Virus record (IMG/VR): IMGVR_UViG_3300034032_000034 | Span: 1-43,162 of that record | Direction: 5' to 3' (one strand) | Source of the DNA: a virus | Lineage: Duplodnaviria; Caudoviricetes | Length of the DNA stretch: 43,162 nt | Part shown: one piece after another, positions 27,623 to 35,503 of the stretch | How the letters are laid out: the number at the start of each line of letters is the position of its first letter | Numbering within the stretch: the stretch's first letter is position 1 | Program-made: the position numbers and the translations under genes | The notes under the pieces: generated by a model | What the model saw: the letters and a program-made list of their open reading frames with translations, nothing else | Database searches by the model: none | Told to the model about the DNA's origin: nothing

Positions 27623-27936
27623 GCTGCTTTCCCGCCCTTGTGCCAGAGCGGTGGGTTGTAAGGATCATGGGTCGGCGCGCGGAAGCAGGCGCGGATGCCG
27701 GCGGCGATCGCCTCGCCTTCCTCGACGTGGCGCTCGTGCTCGCCCTGCGAACGTGCGCCGAAGCTCACGTCGCGGATCAGCACATCGAGTCGGCTGCTCA
27801 GTTGCTCCAGCATAGCGCCGGAGCGGGAATGTGGGGGCCGCCGCCCGCTGGTGGCTCCATCGGGAGCCGAAGCGCTGGACCGGAAGTCGGCGCGGGGATT
27901 GCGGGCGGCGGCGGCCGAAGGTGGACGTGTGGACAT
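27616..27936 (-). CDS. Hypothetical protein, likely first gene of the late operon
   Basis: GGAGG RBS before ATG at 27936. Confidence 0.55.
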   Translation of the reverse strand: MSTRPPSAAAARNPRADFRSSASAPDGATSGRRPPHSRSGAMLEQLSSRLDVLIRDVSFGARSQGEHERHVEEGEAIAAGIRACFRAPTHDPYNPPLWHKGGKAAW

Positions 27937-27949
27937 CGCAACCTCCGAC

Positions 27950-27984
27950 AAACAGCAAAGCCCGCCGGGGGGGACGGCGGGCTT
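27950..27984 (-). terminator. Terminator-like hairpin in the late leader
   Basis: AAGCCCGCCG-N7-CGGCGGGCTT followed by TGCTGTTT. Confidence 0.55.
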
Positions 27985-28090
27985 CGGATCACATCCTGCG
28001 CGTCGGGCGCAGTTGTGGCGGGGTCGTTTTAGGCCGTTGCGTGGCCGTTTGGGGAGTTAGATTTTCGTCAAGGGGGGAACAAAAGTTGTG

Positions 28091-28115
28091 TCGCCCGAAG
28101 TGGTACTTCGGGCGA
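28091..28115. promoter_or_regulatory. AAGT-N3-ACTT hairpin, copy 2
   Basis: TCGCCCGAAGT-GGT-ACTTCGGGCGA, perfect 11-bp arms. Confidence 0.8.
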
Positions 28116-28130
28116 GGCGCAGGGCCATTC

Positions 28131-28262
28131 TCATTTGCGAAGCGCCATGATCACGAAGGCCGCTGAGACGAGGATCGCCGTTTCGATCGACTTGCCGGAG
28201 AACGCGAAAGCTAAGCCAGCAACCATGAGAATAAACGGAATAAGCGTTCGAAAATATGTCAT
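28131..28262 (-). CDS. 43-aa two-helix membrane peptide (not in the ORF track)
   Basis: MTYFRTLIPFILMVAGLAFAFSGKSIETAILVSAAFVIMALRK, in an AT-richer patch. Confidence 0.55.
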   Translation of the reverse strand: MTYFRTLIPFILMVAGLAFAFSGKSIETAILVSAAFVIMALRK

Positions 28263-28415
28263 GCCGCGACGTCCATCTTCCACCTGGTTTAAAGATCGCC
28301 ATTTAGCCCGAACGCGGCGGACATGTCCTCCGCCCGGTTCGCTCAGTCCCTAAGGCAGAAGGGGCTGCGCCGGGCACAGCGCACCCCTACCCGCACCCCG
28401 ACTTGAAGCGGCGGC

Positions 28416-28685
28416 CTAGCGCCCTCGCGCCCTGCCTCGAGCCCGGCGCCGCGCGCGCTTCCCCTTCGGCTTCTCGGTGAAGATGTGCTCCACCCGCTCC
28501 GGCGCGGACCAGAACCGGGCGCGTTGCCTTGGCTTGGGCCTCGGCTTGGGCCAGCCCGGATCGCCGAGGTAGCGCAGTTCCTCATTCGCCATTGCCGGGC
28601 CGGGCTGCGCAAGCCCCAACGTAGCCGCCGCGAGGGCAGCCGCTACGAACAGCTGCGCTCCGCCTCGATGGAAACTTCCTGCCAT
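28416..28685 (-). CDS. Small basic hypothetical protein
   Basis: GAGGAG RBS; hydrophobic N-terminus and Arg/Lys-rich tail. Confidence 0.55.
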   Translation of the reverse strand: MAGSFHRGGAQLFVAAALAAATLGLAQPGPAMANEELRYLGDPGWPKPRPKPRQRARFWSAPERVEHIFTEKPKGKRARRRARGRARGR

Positions 28686-28710
28686 CACCTGCTCCTCACT
28701 GAAAGCCCGG

Positions 28711-28729
28711 CTCGAAGTACCACTTCGAG
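28711..28729. promoter_or_regulatory. AAGT-N3-ACTT hairpin, copy 3
   Basis: CTCGAAGT-ACC-ACTTCGAG, intergenic. Confidence 0.8.
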
Positions 28730-28733
28730 ACGA

Positions 28734-29444
28734 TCACAAGATTCCCGCCTGCGCCGCCGCCAAGGTGGCCTCGTCCACTTCCCGCACCACGCCGCCCAAG
28801 ATTCGCGGCCAAAGGTCCAGCGCCGCGATCAGCAGCGCCTTCGCCCGCCGGTTGCCCATCCGGTAGCGCCTGGCGACGACCGTGAAGCCTTCGGCATCGC
28901 CGACGATCATGTCGAGCACCGGTGCGATTCCTGCGCCCACCGCCGCCCGCCAGCGCGTGTAGGCGACTTCGCGCCGCACTTGGCCAAGCCGCTCGAAGAA
29001 GGTGCCGTCGCCCATTCGCGTCGTGTCGACGCGTGTCTCTAGGCTGGCAGTCTTCACCGCGACGTCGCCGCCGATCCGCTCGGCCACCGCCGCGATCTCG
29101 GCCGCGGCGGCGAGCTGCTCGGCATCGATGCCGCCGGACAAATAGAGCCGCGCAAGGGCGCCCTGCTGGCGCCGGGCGGCATGCTCGTGGGTTTCGGCCG
29201 TGCCTTCGTTCTTGTGCTTCCAGCGGGTTGCGGTGGTCGCCTGTGCCTTGCGCAGGCTTCGCTCGGCCGCCGCGGCTGCCGGGTGACGCCGGGCCCAGGC
29301 GAGCTTGCTGGCGTCTACCCGGGCGTCAATTTCGCGCTGCGCCGCGGCCCGCCGATCGCGGACCCGCTTGGCCGGCGCCTTGCTGCACCAGCCGGCACCC
29401 GGTGCAGCCTGCACGCCCGCGCGTGCCTCAGTCGCTTGTCCCAT
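28734..29444 (-). CDS. Hypothetical protein, candidate late-gene regulator
   Basis: LARLYLSGGIDAEQLAAA and a C-terminal HTH-like segment; sits upstream of the late operon (Q-like position). Confidence 0.5.
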   Translation of the reverse strand: MGQATEARAGVQAAPGAGWCSKAPAKRVRDRRAAAQREIDARVDASKLAWARRHPAAAAAERSLRKAQATTATRWKHKNEGTAETHEHAARRQQGALARLYLSGGIDAEQLAAAAEIAAVAERIGGDVAVKTASLETRVDTTRMGDGTFFERLGQVRREVAYTRWRAAVGAGIAPVLDMIVGDAEGFTVVARRYRMGNRRAKALLIAALDLWPRILGGVVREVDEATLAAAQAGIL

Positions 29445-29844
29445 CGTCTTGTCCCACCCCGGTATCCCGAGCCGGATCATGGTCGAGGAGCGGCAGGTGG
29501 GATAGTTCCGGGTTCGTCAAGGAGGGCGGCGCCACGGCCTTGCCGCCGTTGTCGATCGCCCATCCGAGCGCGCGCAAGCGGAGCAAGGCGTCCGCCTGGC
29601 TCATCTCGCCGGCGGGATCGATCAGCGCGATCCCCCGCCGCTTGCCGCGGGTGTGCAGGATCTGCTTCTCGACGGAGAGCTGCTCGACGAGCTCGCTCGC
29701 CCGCGGCTTGCTGACCCCCAGCGCGGCGCCGAGCTCGGCAAGGCTCGGCGAGTGCCCCCATTCCGCGAAATACCGCTTGATGAAATCCAGCGCGGCGATC
29801 TTCCGGCTGACCATCGTCGGCGTGAGGCGAACCGGGGCTCCCAT
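29428..29844 (-). CDS. LexA-type N-terminal winged-HTH protein without peptidase domain
   Basis: ALDFIKRYFAEWGHSPSLAELGAALGVSKPRASELVEQL...RGIAL. Confidence 0.8.
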   Translation of the reverse strand: MGAPVRLTPTMVSRKIAALDFIKRYFAEWGHSPSLAELGAALGVSKPRASELVEQLSVEKQILHTRGKRRGIALIDPAGEMSQADALLRLRALGWAIDNGGKAVAPPSLTNPELSHLPLLDHDPARDTGVGQDDGTSD

Positions 29845-29882
29845 GCGGCGAGTGTAACGCTTCGCATCTGAATGGAAAGAAC

Positions 29883-29908
29883 ATCGTCCTCATCGGGGAT
29901 GAGGCCGG
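29883..29908. repeat. Palindromic repeat CCTCATC-GGG-GATGAGG (26-bp copy A)
   Basis: 24/26 identical to 30354-30379. Confidence 0.85.
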
Positions 29909-29939
29909 GCAAGTAAGAAAGCCAGAAAGCCGGAAAGCA

Positions 29940-30284
29940 TCAGTCAGCCTTCTTTGCCCGGCTCGAAGTACCACTTCGAGCCGAGTAAATGCGCGCCGGC
30001 GTTCGCTCGACGCCGGCGGCGCGGTACAGCGCATTGAGGTTGGCGTTGGCCGACTGGCTGCGGCCGATCGCCGCAGCGCCCTCCTCCTCCGCTTCGCCGT
30101 GGCCGCGGGTCACCGCCCGCCAGAAGCCGTCATAGGGCCAGCGCTCGCCGCCGTGCCGGCTGTACAGCCAGGCGAGGACGAAGCGCAGCGCGGGGCTTGG
30201 CGGCACCGGCGCGTCGCCCGTGCGCGTCGCCGCCTCCTCCAGCGCGGCGAGGGCCATGATGGTGAGGTCGGGCGAAGCTTGCAT
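29940..30284 (-). CDS. Hypothetical protein preceded by a LexA box (candidate antirepressor or inducer)
   Basis: 114-aa ORF with an SOS box 15 bp upstream of the ATG. Confidence 0.6.
   Translation of the reverse strand: MQASPDLTIMALAALEEAATRTGDAPVPPSPALRFVLAWLYSRHGGERWPYDGFWRAVTRGHGEAEEEGAAAIGRSQSANANLNALYRAAGVERTPARIYSARSGTSSRAKKAD
29959..29983. promoter_or_regulatory. AAGT-N3-ACTT hairpin, copy 4
   Basis: CGGCTCGAAGT-ACC-ACTTCGAGCCG; 29956-29980 is identical to 28705-28729. Confidence 0.8.
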
Positions 30285-30298
30285 CGCCCGGACAGATG

Positions 30299-30313
30299 GA
30301 ACGTAAGGGGAAC
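30299..30313 (-). promoter_or_regulatory. Alphaproteobacterial LexA (SOS) box GTTC-N7-GTTC
   Basis: Plus strand reads GAAC-GTAAGGG-GAAC, intergenic. Confidence 0.75.
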
Positions 30314-30330
30314 TAGGGCAAGAGAGGATA

Positions 30331-30379
30331 CGTCTTCATCGGGGATTCGCGGGATCGTCTTCATCGGGGATGAAGCCGG
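30331..30379. repeat. Palindromic repeat CTTCATC-GGG-GATGAAG (copy B at 30354-30379, partial copy at 30331-30346)
   Basis: Read directly from the sequence. Confidence 0.85.
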
Positions 30380-30383
30380 ATTT

Positions 30384-30959
30384 TTACTTCGGCTCCCCTG
30401 CGGCGGCGGCGGGCTTGTTACCACCGTTGCTTCTGATCGCCTTCTCCAGCCACTCACGATCAAGTTCGTCCTCCGTGTTCGGCTCGATCACTTTCCCGGG
30501 CACGGTGGCGGCGGGCTGTGGCGGGGTCTGGTCGCTCTCCTCGTCGGCGTCATGGCCATCGGTGTCGTACCCGATCTCCGGGTCAGGCTCGCTGGGGGTG
30601 GTGTCGGCTCGGTCCTTCCCCGTCGTCGCCGCGGCGTCCGCTTCGGCTTCCATCCGGTCGGCTGTAGCGGCCGCATCGCTGGCTCCGTATACCGTCACAC
30701 CATCGCCACCGTAGCGTCGGCCGCCGCCGTAGAGCCGTGCGCCATTGCAGGCGAGGCCTTCCTCGACGTCTGCCCGGCTATAGACGTACTGGTCGCGCGC
30801 GGCTGCCGCTGCCGCCTTATAGTCTCTGGCAGCATCGCAGACCTCGTCGTACGTGGCATGGTTCTCCTTGAGGAATTCGACCCGCTTCTGCGCCTCCTCC
30901 ACCGGATCGGTGCAGCCGACCAGCAGCAGCAGGGCTGCAGCCGTGGCTAGGCGCGGCAT
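30384..30959 (-). CDS. Acidic lipoprotein (moron)
   Basis: MPRLATAAALLLLVGC lipobox; AAGGAGG RBS. Confidence 0.75.
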   Translation of the reverse strand: MPRLATAAALLLLVGCTDPVEEAQKRVEFLKENHATYDEVCDAARDYKAAAAAARDQYVYSRADVEEGLACNGARLYGGGRRYGGDGVTVYGASDAAATADRMEAEADAAATTGKDRADTTPSEPDPEIGYDTDGHDADEESDQTPPQPAATVPGKVIEPNTEDELDREWLEKAIRSNGGNKPAAAAGEPK

Positions 30960-31336
30960 CACGGCGCCTCCTTCGTGTCCTCGCCCGACAGGAAGTAGAT
31001 TGCCCGCACGATGATGCCGATACCCCAAAGGAGCACGGCGAAATTCAGCAAACCGCTACCAAAGGCGATCAGGGTCCATTTCCAGGCGGCGCCCTCATAC
31101 TCGCCGGACACCGAGGTCTGGCGGACATCCGGCGCGAAAAAGCCCAATATCAGGCATAGAAGGGCAATAACCGCTGCCACCGTAGCGAGCTGCATGATCG
31201 TGCCCCCGTTGGGGCGGTGCCACACTCCGCGAACGTGTTGCGGAGCGGGCGCGCCGGCGGGAAATTCATAACTGCAGATGGTGCAGGTTTCCGCGGTGTC
31301 GCGCGCCTCCGTGCCGCAATTCGGGCAGGTCTTCAT
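30959..31336 (-). CDS. Zinc-ribbon membrane protein (moron)
   Basis: CPNC...CTIC followed by two TM-like segments. Confidence 0.75.
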   Translation of the reverse strand: MKTCPNCGTEARDTAETCTICSYEFPAGAPAPQHVRGVWHRPNGGTIMQLATVAAVIALLCLILGFFAPDVRQTSVSGEYEGAAWKWTLIAFGSGLLNFAVLLWGIGIIVRAIYFLSGEDTKEAP

Positions 31337-31475
31337 CGGGTCACTCCCATCTTAACTGCGACACCTGCCGCCGCTCAGTTGTCGTTATTCGGCTCGCCCG
31401 GCGGGCGGTGCATGGTGGTAGGCGGCAGCATCCGCTCGGCGACCCTCAGGAGGGCTGCCGGGGTGAGGCGCGGCA

Positions 31476-31868
31476 TCAGCGGCACTTGACCCAAGGCGTT
31501 GCGGAAGGCTCATCCTCCCTGCTTGCAAGGTGCGTGATGAAGAGCTGGCCATCGGTTAGATCGAGCCGGATCACCTGCCGCCAAAACTCAAGCTCGCCCG
31601 CGAATGAGAACTCTCCGTGGAACGATGGCGGATCGCTGATGTGGTTCAGTTGGGCAAGGTTGAGGTAACCAGAGGCGTCCACGAAGAAGATGTGCCGCGG
31701 CCCGATCCTGACCAGCTCAGGCCCCTCTCCCTTGCGGCACGCCTCCAGCGACAACCCCCATGTCCCACGAAATTCCTCCGGAATATCCTGCGTCTTCGGG
31801 TCCGCGATCGCTGCAGTCGGTAGAGCTGCAAGCAGTATGAACGCCAACATGATGGCTCTCAGAAACAT
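31476..31868 (-). CDS. Secreted hypothetical protein
   Basis: Signal peptide; IPEEFRGTW....C motif; coupled to the repressor stop. Confidence 0.7.
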   Translation of the reverse strand: MFLRAIMLAFILLAALPTAAIADPKTQDIPEEFRGTWGLSLEACRKGEGPELVRIGPRHIFFVDASGYLNLAQLNHISDPPSFHGEFSFAGELEFWRQVIRLDLTDGQLFITHLASREDEPSATPWVKCR

Positions 31869-32299
31869 CAGCCGCGCTCTTCGGCCTGGAATGTCAGTGC
31901 AGGCGTATGAACGGTTGTGGCGGGCAGCGGGCCGCTTACCCGCACCGTGCGGACCAGGGCCCTCGCAAGGGTGCGCATCCCGGAGCCGAGGCCGAAATAG
32001 TCGTCGAGCAGCTCGCTCGCATCAGCTGGAAGCGCCGCCGAATCGGATCGATCTCCCGTGAGAATGAAATTCACGTCGACCTGATTCGCAGCCAACCCCG
32101 CCAAATACTCGGCGCTCGGCGTGTTTTTCCCGGTTTCGTAGCGGCTCTGGCTGTCGAGCGTCGCCCCGCCGAGGGCGCCAAAGTCCTTCTGGTTCAGGCC
32201 CGTACGGGTCCGCTCCTGCCGGAGGCGCGCAGCAAATTCGGCACTATTCCAGAAAGTGTCTTGACTCTTTTGGACATTTGTCGAAGTTTGGGGGCTCAT
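31868..32299 (-). CDS. XRE-family prophage repressor (Mu/P2-like, no S24 peptidase); start uncertain
   Basis: RLRQERTRTGLNQKDFG...SRYETGKNTPSAEYL...VDVNFILTG; divergent from a gp16-like gene. Confidence 0.85.
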   Translation of the reverse strand: MSPQTSTNVQKSQDTFWNSAEFAARLRQERTRTGLNQKDFGALGGATLDSQSRYETGKNTPSAEYLAGLAANQVDVNFILTGDRSDSAALPADASELLDDYFGLGSGMRTLARALVRTVRVSGPLPATTVHTPALTFQAEERG

Positions 32300-32307
32300 T
32301 CTACACT
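32278..32307 (+). promoter_or_regulatory. Putative rightward early promoter
   Basis: TTGTCG-N18-TACACT in the AT-rich divergent region. Confidence 0.3.
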
Positions 32308-32322
32308 TTAGGCCATGACGCC

Positions 32323-32646
32323 ATGGAAGCCGAGTCCCTGTTCCCTCCGATTTCGAAAGAAGCCATCCGGCGGGCCAAGTCGCGCCTGGCGCTGGACGGC
32401 GAATCGGTCGGCACATGGGCGTCGCGCAACGGCTTCGCCGCCAAAACCGTCTACCAGGTGCTGAGCGGCTCCCGCCGCTGTATCCGGGGCGAGTCGGCGC
32501 GCATTGCCTTCGCCCTCGGCCTGCGCCCCCTGCCAGACGATGTCCCTGCTCCCGTTAGCGCCCATGCCGCCACCGTAGCGACGGCGGCGGCGGCGGGCTC
32601 TTGCGATCGGCGCTTTGGAATGCAGCTCGGCGAGCCGGTCCGGTGA
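32323..32646 (+). CDS. Cro/Ner-like DNA-binding protein (BcepMu gp16-like)
   Basis: SVGTWASRNGF...VYQVLSG.RRCIRGES.RIA.ALGL. Confidence 0.8.
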   Translation: MEAESLFPPISKEAIRRAKSRLALDGESVGTWASRNGFAAKTVYQVLSGSRRCIRGESARIAFALGLRPLPDDVPAPVSAHAATVATAAAAGSCDRRFGMQLGEPVR

Positions 32647-33011
32647 GCGATCACAGCCGCTCCTCCCCCGCTTTCGGGTTAGTCACCGTTCCCGGCCACC
32701 ACCGGCCAGCCTGGGTCAGCACCGACTGGCGCAACCAGGGCAGCACGACGAGGCCCGCGGTCCACGACGTTCACGGGGCGGCGCAGGCGCTGCTCGACGC
32801 TTTGGGCCCGCTGTTCCGCACCGGGCGCCTCAAGGGCCCCACCGCCACCGCCGCCGCCCGGCTCGAAGCCGCGCTCGCCGGCGCCGGCACCACCCTGTCG
32901 CCGGGCGCCAGTGGCGCCGAAGGGGGCCTCCCGTCCCTGCACGCGCCGCGCCCGGCGGCCACCGAAACGCCCCGAAGTGGTACTTCGGTGCGGGCAGGGG
33001 CTGGGCTGTGA
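32643..33011 (+). CDS. Hypothetical protein
   Basis: GTGA coupling at both ends. Confidence 0.5.
   Translation: MSDHSRSSPAFGLVTVPGHHRPAWVSTDWRNQGSTTRPAVHDVHGAAQALLDALGPLFRTGRLKGPTATAAARLEAALAGAGTTLSPGASGAEGGLPSLHAPRPAATETPRSGTSVRAGAGL
32972..32988. promoter_or_regulatory. AAGT-N3-ACTT hairpin, copy 5
   Basis: CCGAAGT-GGT-ACTTCGG, about 20 nt before the GTG at 33008. Confidence 0.75.
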
Positions 33012-33535
33012 CGAAACTCCGCCCTCCCGTCTCCGCCGAGAACGCCCTCACCCGGATCGCCGGCGCGATCGAGTGGGAGGGTGTCGCCTGCATCGCCGGC
33101 CTTGGCGTTCGCGCGGTGCGCAACTGGAGCGATCCGGACACCGAGCCGATGGCGGGCAAGGCGATCAGCCTTGAACTCGCGCTGCGGCTCGACCTCGCCT
33201 ACCGCCAGGCTGGCGGCCAGGGCGCGCCGATGCTTCACTTCATGGCAACCCGGCTTGAACTCGACTGCCTTGCCGCCGCGCCGGACGCCGCCGCGCTCGC
33301 CCATGCGACGGCGATCGCCGTCAAGGAATCGGGCGAGGCGCACGCCGCGGCGATCGTCGCGTCTCAGCCCAACGCCGCGCATGCCGACCTGATTTTCGCC
33401 GAGCGCCAGCTCGAGGAAGCAAGCGCCGCAACCAACACCACGCTTCACCTGGTCCGCGCCCGCCGCGGCGCGGCATCAGCGATTCGCGCCCCGGAGGTGG
33501 CGCCGCCCGCATCCACGGGTGAGCCGCCCGGCTGA
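33008..33535 (+). CDS. Putative CII-like regulator
   Basis: HTH-like AVRNWSDPD followed by helical KESGEA...QLEEA; position. Confidence 0.5.
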   Translation: MTKLRPPVSAENALTRIAGAIEWEGVACIAGLGVRAVRNWSDPDTEPMAGKAISLELALRLDLAYRQAGGQGAPMLHFMATRLELDCLAAAPDAAALAHATAIAVKESGEAHAAAIVASQPNAAHADLIFAERQLEEASAATNTTLHLVRARRGAASAIRAPEVAPPASTGEPPG

Positions 33536-33662
33536 GCTGGCCCCCGGCCGATCCAGCCGCGCGCCGGCGCATCCGGCACCACCAACCGCCCCTCCCGAAG
33601 TCACCCACTCGCCGCCCCTACGGACGAGAGGCCTTTCTGCTGCGTGAAGAAAAGGACAAGAG

Positions 33663-34214
33663 ATGACAGACCACCAAGCCGCCGCCGCGCCCCCGATGAC
33701 CCCCGGCACCTACCTCCGAAAGCGCCGCGAGGCCGCCGGCCTCTCGGTCGAGCAGGTCGCCCTCGTCATGGCCGGCAAGTTCGGCAACCTCCCCCGGGCC
33801 GAGCAAAGCCCGCTGGTGCGCGCGGCTGCCGGCGGCGTCTACGGCGCCGCCGCGGCGTTCAAGGGCGAGATCGAGCGCCTGGAGCGCGACGAGCTGCTTC
33901 AGGACAGGAGCCCCATCTACATCGAGCTCGTCCGCCTCCTGGACGGCGCCTTCCCCTTCGACCGCAACGTCTTCTTCGCCCTGCTCGGTCTCGCCGCCGA
34001 TCCCGGCCTGCCCTGCCCGGCGATCTGCCGGAACTGCACCTGCAGCTGGAACGACGCGTGCATCGACGCGCTGCGCCGGCCCTGCTCCTGGGCGGAGGTC
34101 GGCGCCGACGAGCTGCCGATCTGCACCTTCTGCGCCGCCGACGAACCCGGCCCGGGCGAGCAGCTCGCAATCCCGCCCGCCGCCAACGAGGGGGAAGCCC
34201 GCCATGCGGCATAA
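33663..34214 (+). CDS. HTH protein with Cys-rich C-terminus
   Basis: TPGTYLRKRREAAGLSVEQVA; CRNCTCSWNDAC...C.W...CTFC. Confidence 0.75.
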   Translation: MTDHQAAAAPPMTPGTYLRKRREAAGLSVEQVALVMAGKFGNLPRAEQSPLVRAAAGGVYGAAAAFKGEIERLERDELLQDRSPIYIELVRLLDGAFPFDRNVFFALLGLAADPGLPCPAICRNCTCSWNDACIDALRRPCSWAEVGADELPICTFCAADEPGPGEQLAIPPAANEGEARHAA

Positions 34215-34452
34215 CCCCGCTTCCGGCCGCACGCTGCAGATCCCGGCGGTTCATCCGCTGCGCTGCCCCTGCGTCCTCTGCCGCCCCGCCGCCACCCTCG
34301 CCGGCATCGCCCGCCTCGCCCGCCGCCTCGCCTTCGGCCGCGGCCAGGCCGCCGAAGCCGTGGCGACATCGATCGGCCTGCGCGCCGCCGGCATCGCCCT
34401 GCTTCTCGTCCCGGTCCGCGCGATCGCGGCGATGCTGGGAGGGCTGCTGTGA
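34204..34452 (+). CDS. Small hypothetical protein
   Basis: HPLRCPCVLC and hydrophobic C-terminus; coupled to neighbours. Confidence 0.55.
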   Translation: MRHNPASGRTLQIPAVHPLRCPCVLCRPAATLAGIARLARRLAFGRGQAAEAVATSIGLRAAGIALLLVPVRAIAAMLGGLL

Positions 34453-34808
34453 ACGCACTCTCCCCGATCGCCGCCGCTACGGTCGCGCCCACCGCGAACC
34501 TGCAGCTAGTCGAACAGGCCGGCCCCGAGCTGCTCGATGCCGCCGGCGCCGCCCTCACCGCCCTGCGCCGCCAGCGCGCCACGCTCCTGGAAGTCGGCTG
34601 CATCGTCATCGACGGCGCGCCCGATCTGTCCACCCTGGAGCCGGACCTCGCGCTTGAGATCGCCGAGCTCGACGCGGCGATCGCCGGCATCGAGCTCGCA
34701 GCGCTGAAGGCCACCTCCATGTGGGAGAATCTCGGCGCCGATCACCAGGCGAAGATCCTCGCCCGCTTCCCACCGCCGCTGATCGAGGAGCTGCAACATG
34801 ACCATTGA
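34449..34808 (+). CDS. Hypothetical protein
   Basis: Coupled ORF with GGAGG RBS. Confidence 0.6.
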   Translation: MNALSPIAAATVAPTANLQLVEQAGPELLDAAGAALTALRRQRATLLEVGCIVIDGAPDLSTLEPDLALEIAELDAAIAGIELAALKATSMWENLGADHQAKILARFPPPLIEELQHDH

Positions 34809-35034
34809 GGTCGCCGGCGAAGCCGCAATCGAGCGCGAGGCGGTCGTGAAATGGCTGCACGACACGGCCGCGACTGCGCGGCGCATGTTCCCCAAGGACC
34901 GCCGGCTTGCCGTGACCCTCATGGTGAACGCCGACGGGATCGCGCGTGGCGACCATCGCCGCCCGCCCTCGCAGCGCGTCGGCGTCGGTTTGGACGACAT
35001 CAGGGCGCGATTCGGGGGTGCCGATCATGGCTGA
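34798..35034 (+). CDS. Hypothetical protein
   Basis: GAGGAG RBS; coupled. Confidence 0.6.
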   Translation: MTIEVAGEAAIEREAVVKWLHDTAATARRMFPKDRRLAVTLMVNADGIARGDHRRPPSQRVGVGLDDIRARFGGADHG

Positions 35035-35170
35035 GCCCACCCTCAAATGCTCGCACTGCGGGGGCTTCGCGCTTGAGCCCGAAGTCTTCCCTGCCCAGCC
35101 CTGCACAGTGTGCAAAGGCACCGGCAAACCCGCGGCCGCGGCCAAGACGGGAGAGCTGATCGATGGGTGA
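35027..35170 (+). CDS. 47-aa zinc-finger protein
   Basis: CSHC...CTVCKGTG. Confidence 0.55.
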   Translation: MAEPTLKCSHCGGFALEPEVFPAQPCTVCKGTGKPAAAAKTGELIDG

Positions 35171-35242
35171 GGAACGAACCTTCGAAGTCGATACGTCGCC
35201 TACGGTCGCTTATCGCCAGGGTCTGGCCGAGGGCTGGCCCGT

Positions 35243-35503
35243 ATGTTCTACCAGGCGCGGCCCGCCAACAGCGGGACCTCCGTCGACACAAGAAGCGGCG
35301 CGACGATCTTCTATGATCTCCTCACGTTCGAGGAGGCTGAGGATCTGGCGGCGCCATACGTGGCGGACCTCCGCTGCTTCGGCCGCATTGCGGTCGGGCT
35401 CCCCCCTGAAGACAATAATAACGGGCCGGCCCGATCGAGCCCGGGCGAAGCGTCCCCCGGACGCTCCGCCGATCCCGCAAACGCGGGAGGGCTCGATGGC
35501 TGA
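35243..35503 (+). CDS. Hypothetical protein (start and frame uncertain)
   Basis: 86-aa ORF overlapping the gapR start. Confidence 0.35.
   Translation: MFYQARPANSGTSVDTRSGATIFYDLLTFEEAEDLAAPYVADLRCFGRIAVGLPPEDNNNGPARSSPGEASPGRSADPANAGGLDG

Noticed and set aside
29868-29882. Second LexA box upstream of the LexA-like gene
   Set aside because: Only one GAAC half-site matches (CTGA-N7-GAAC).
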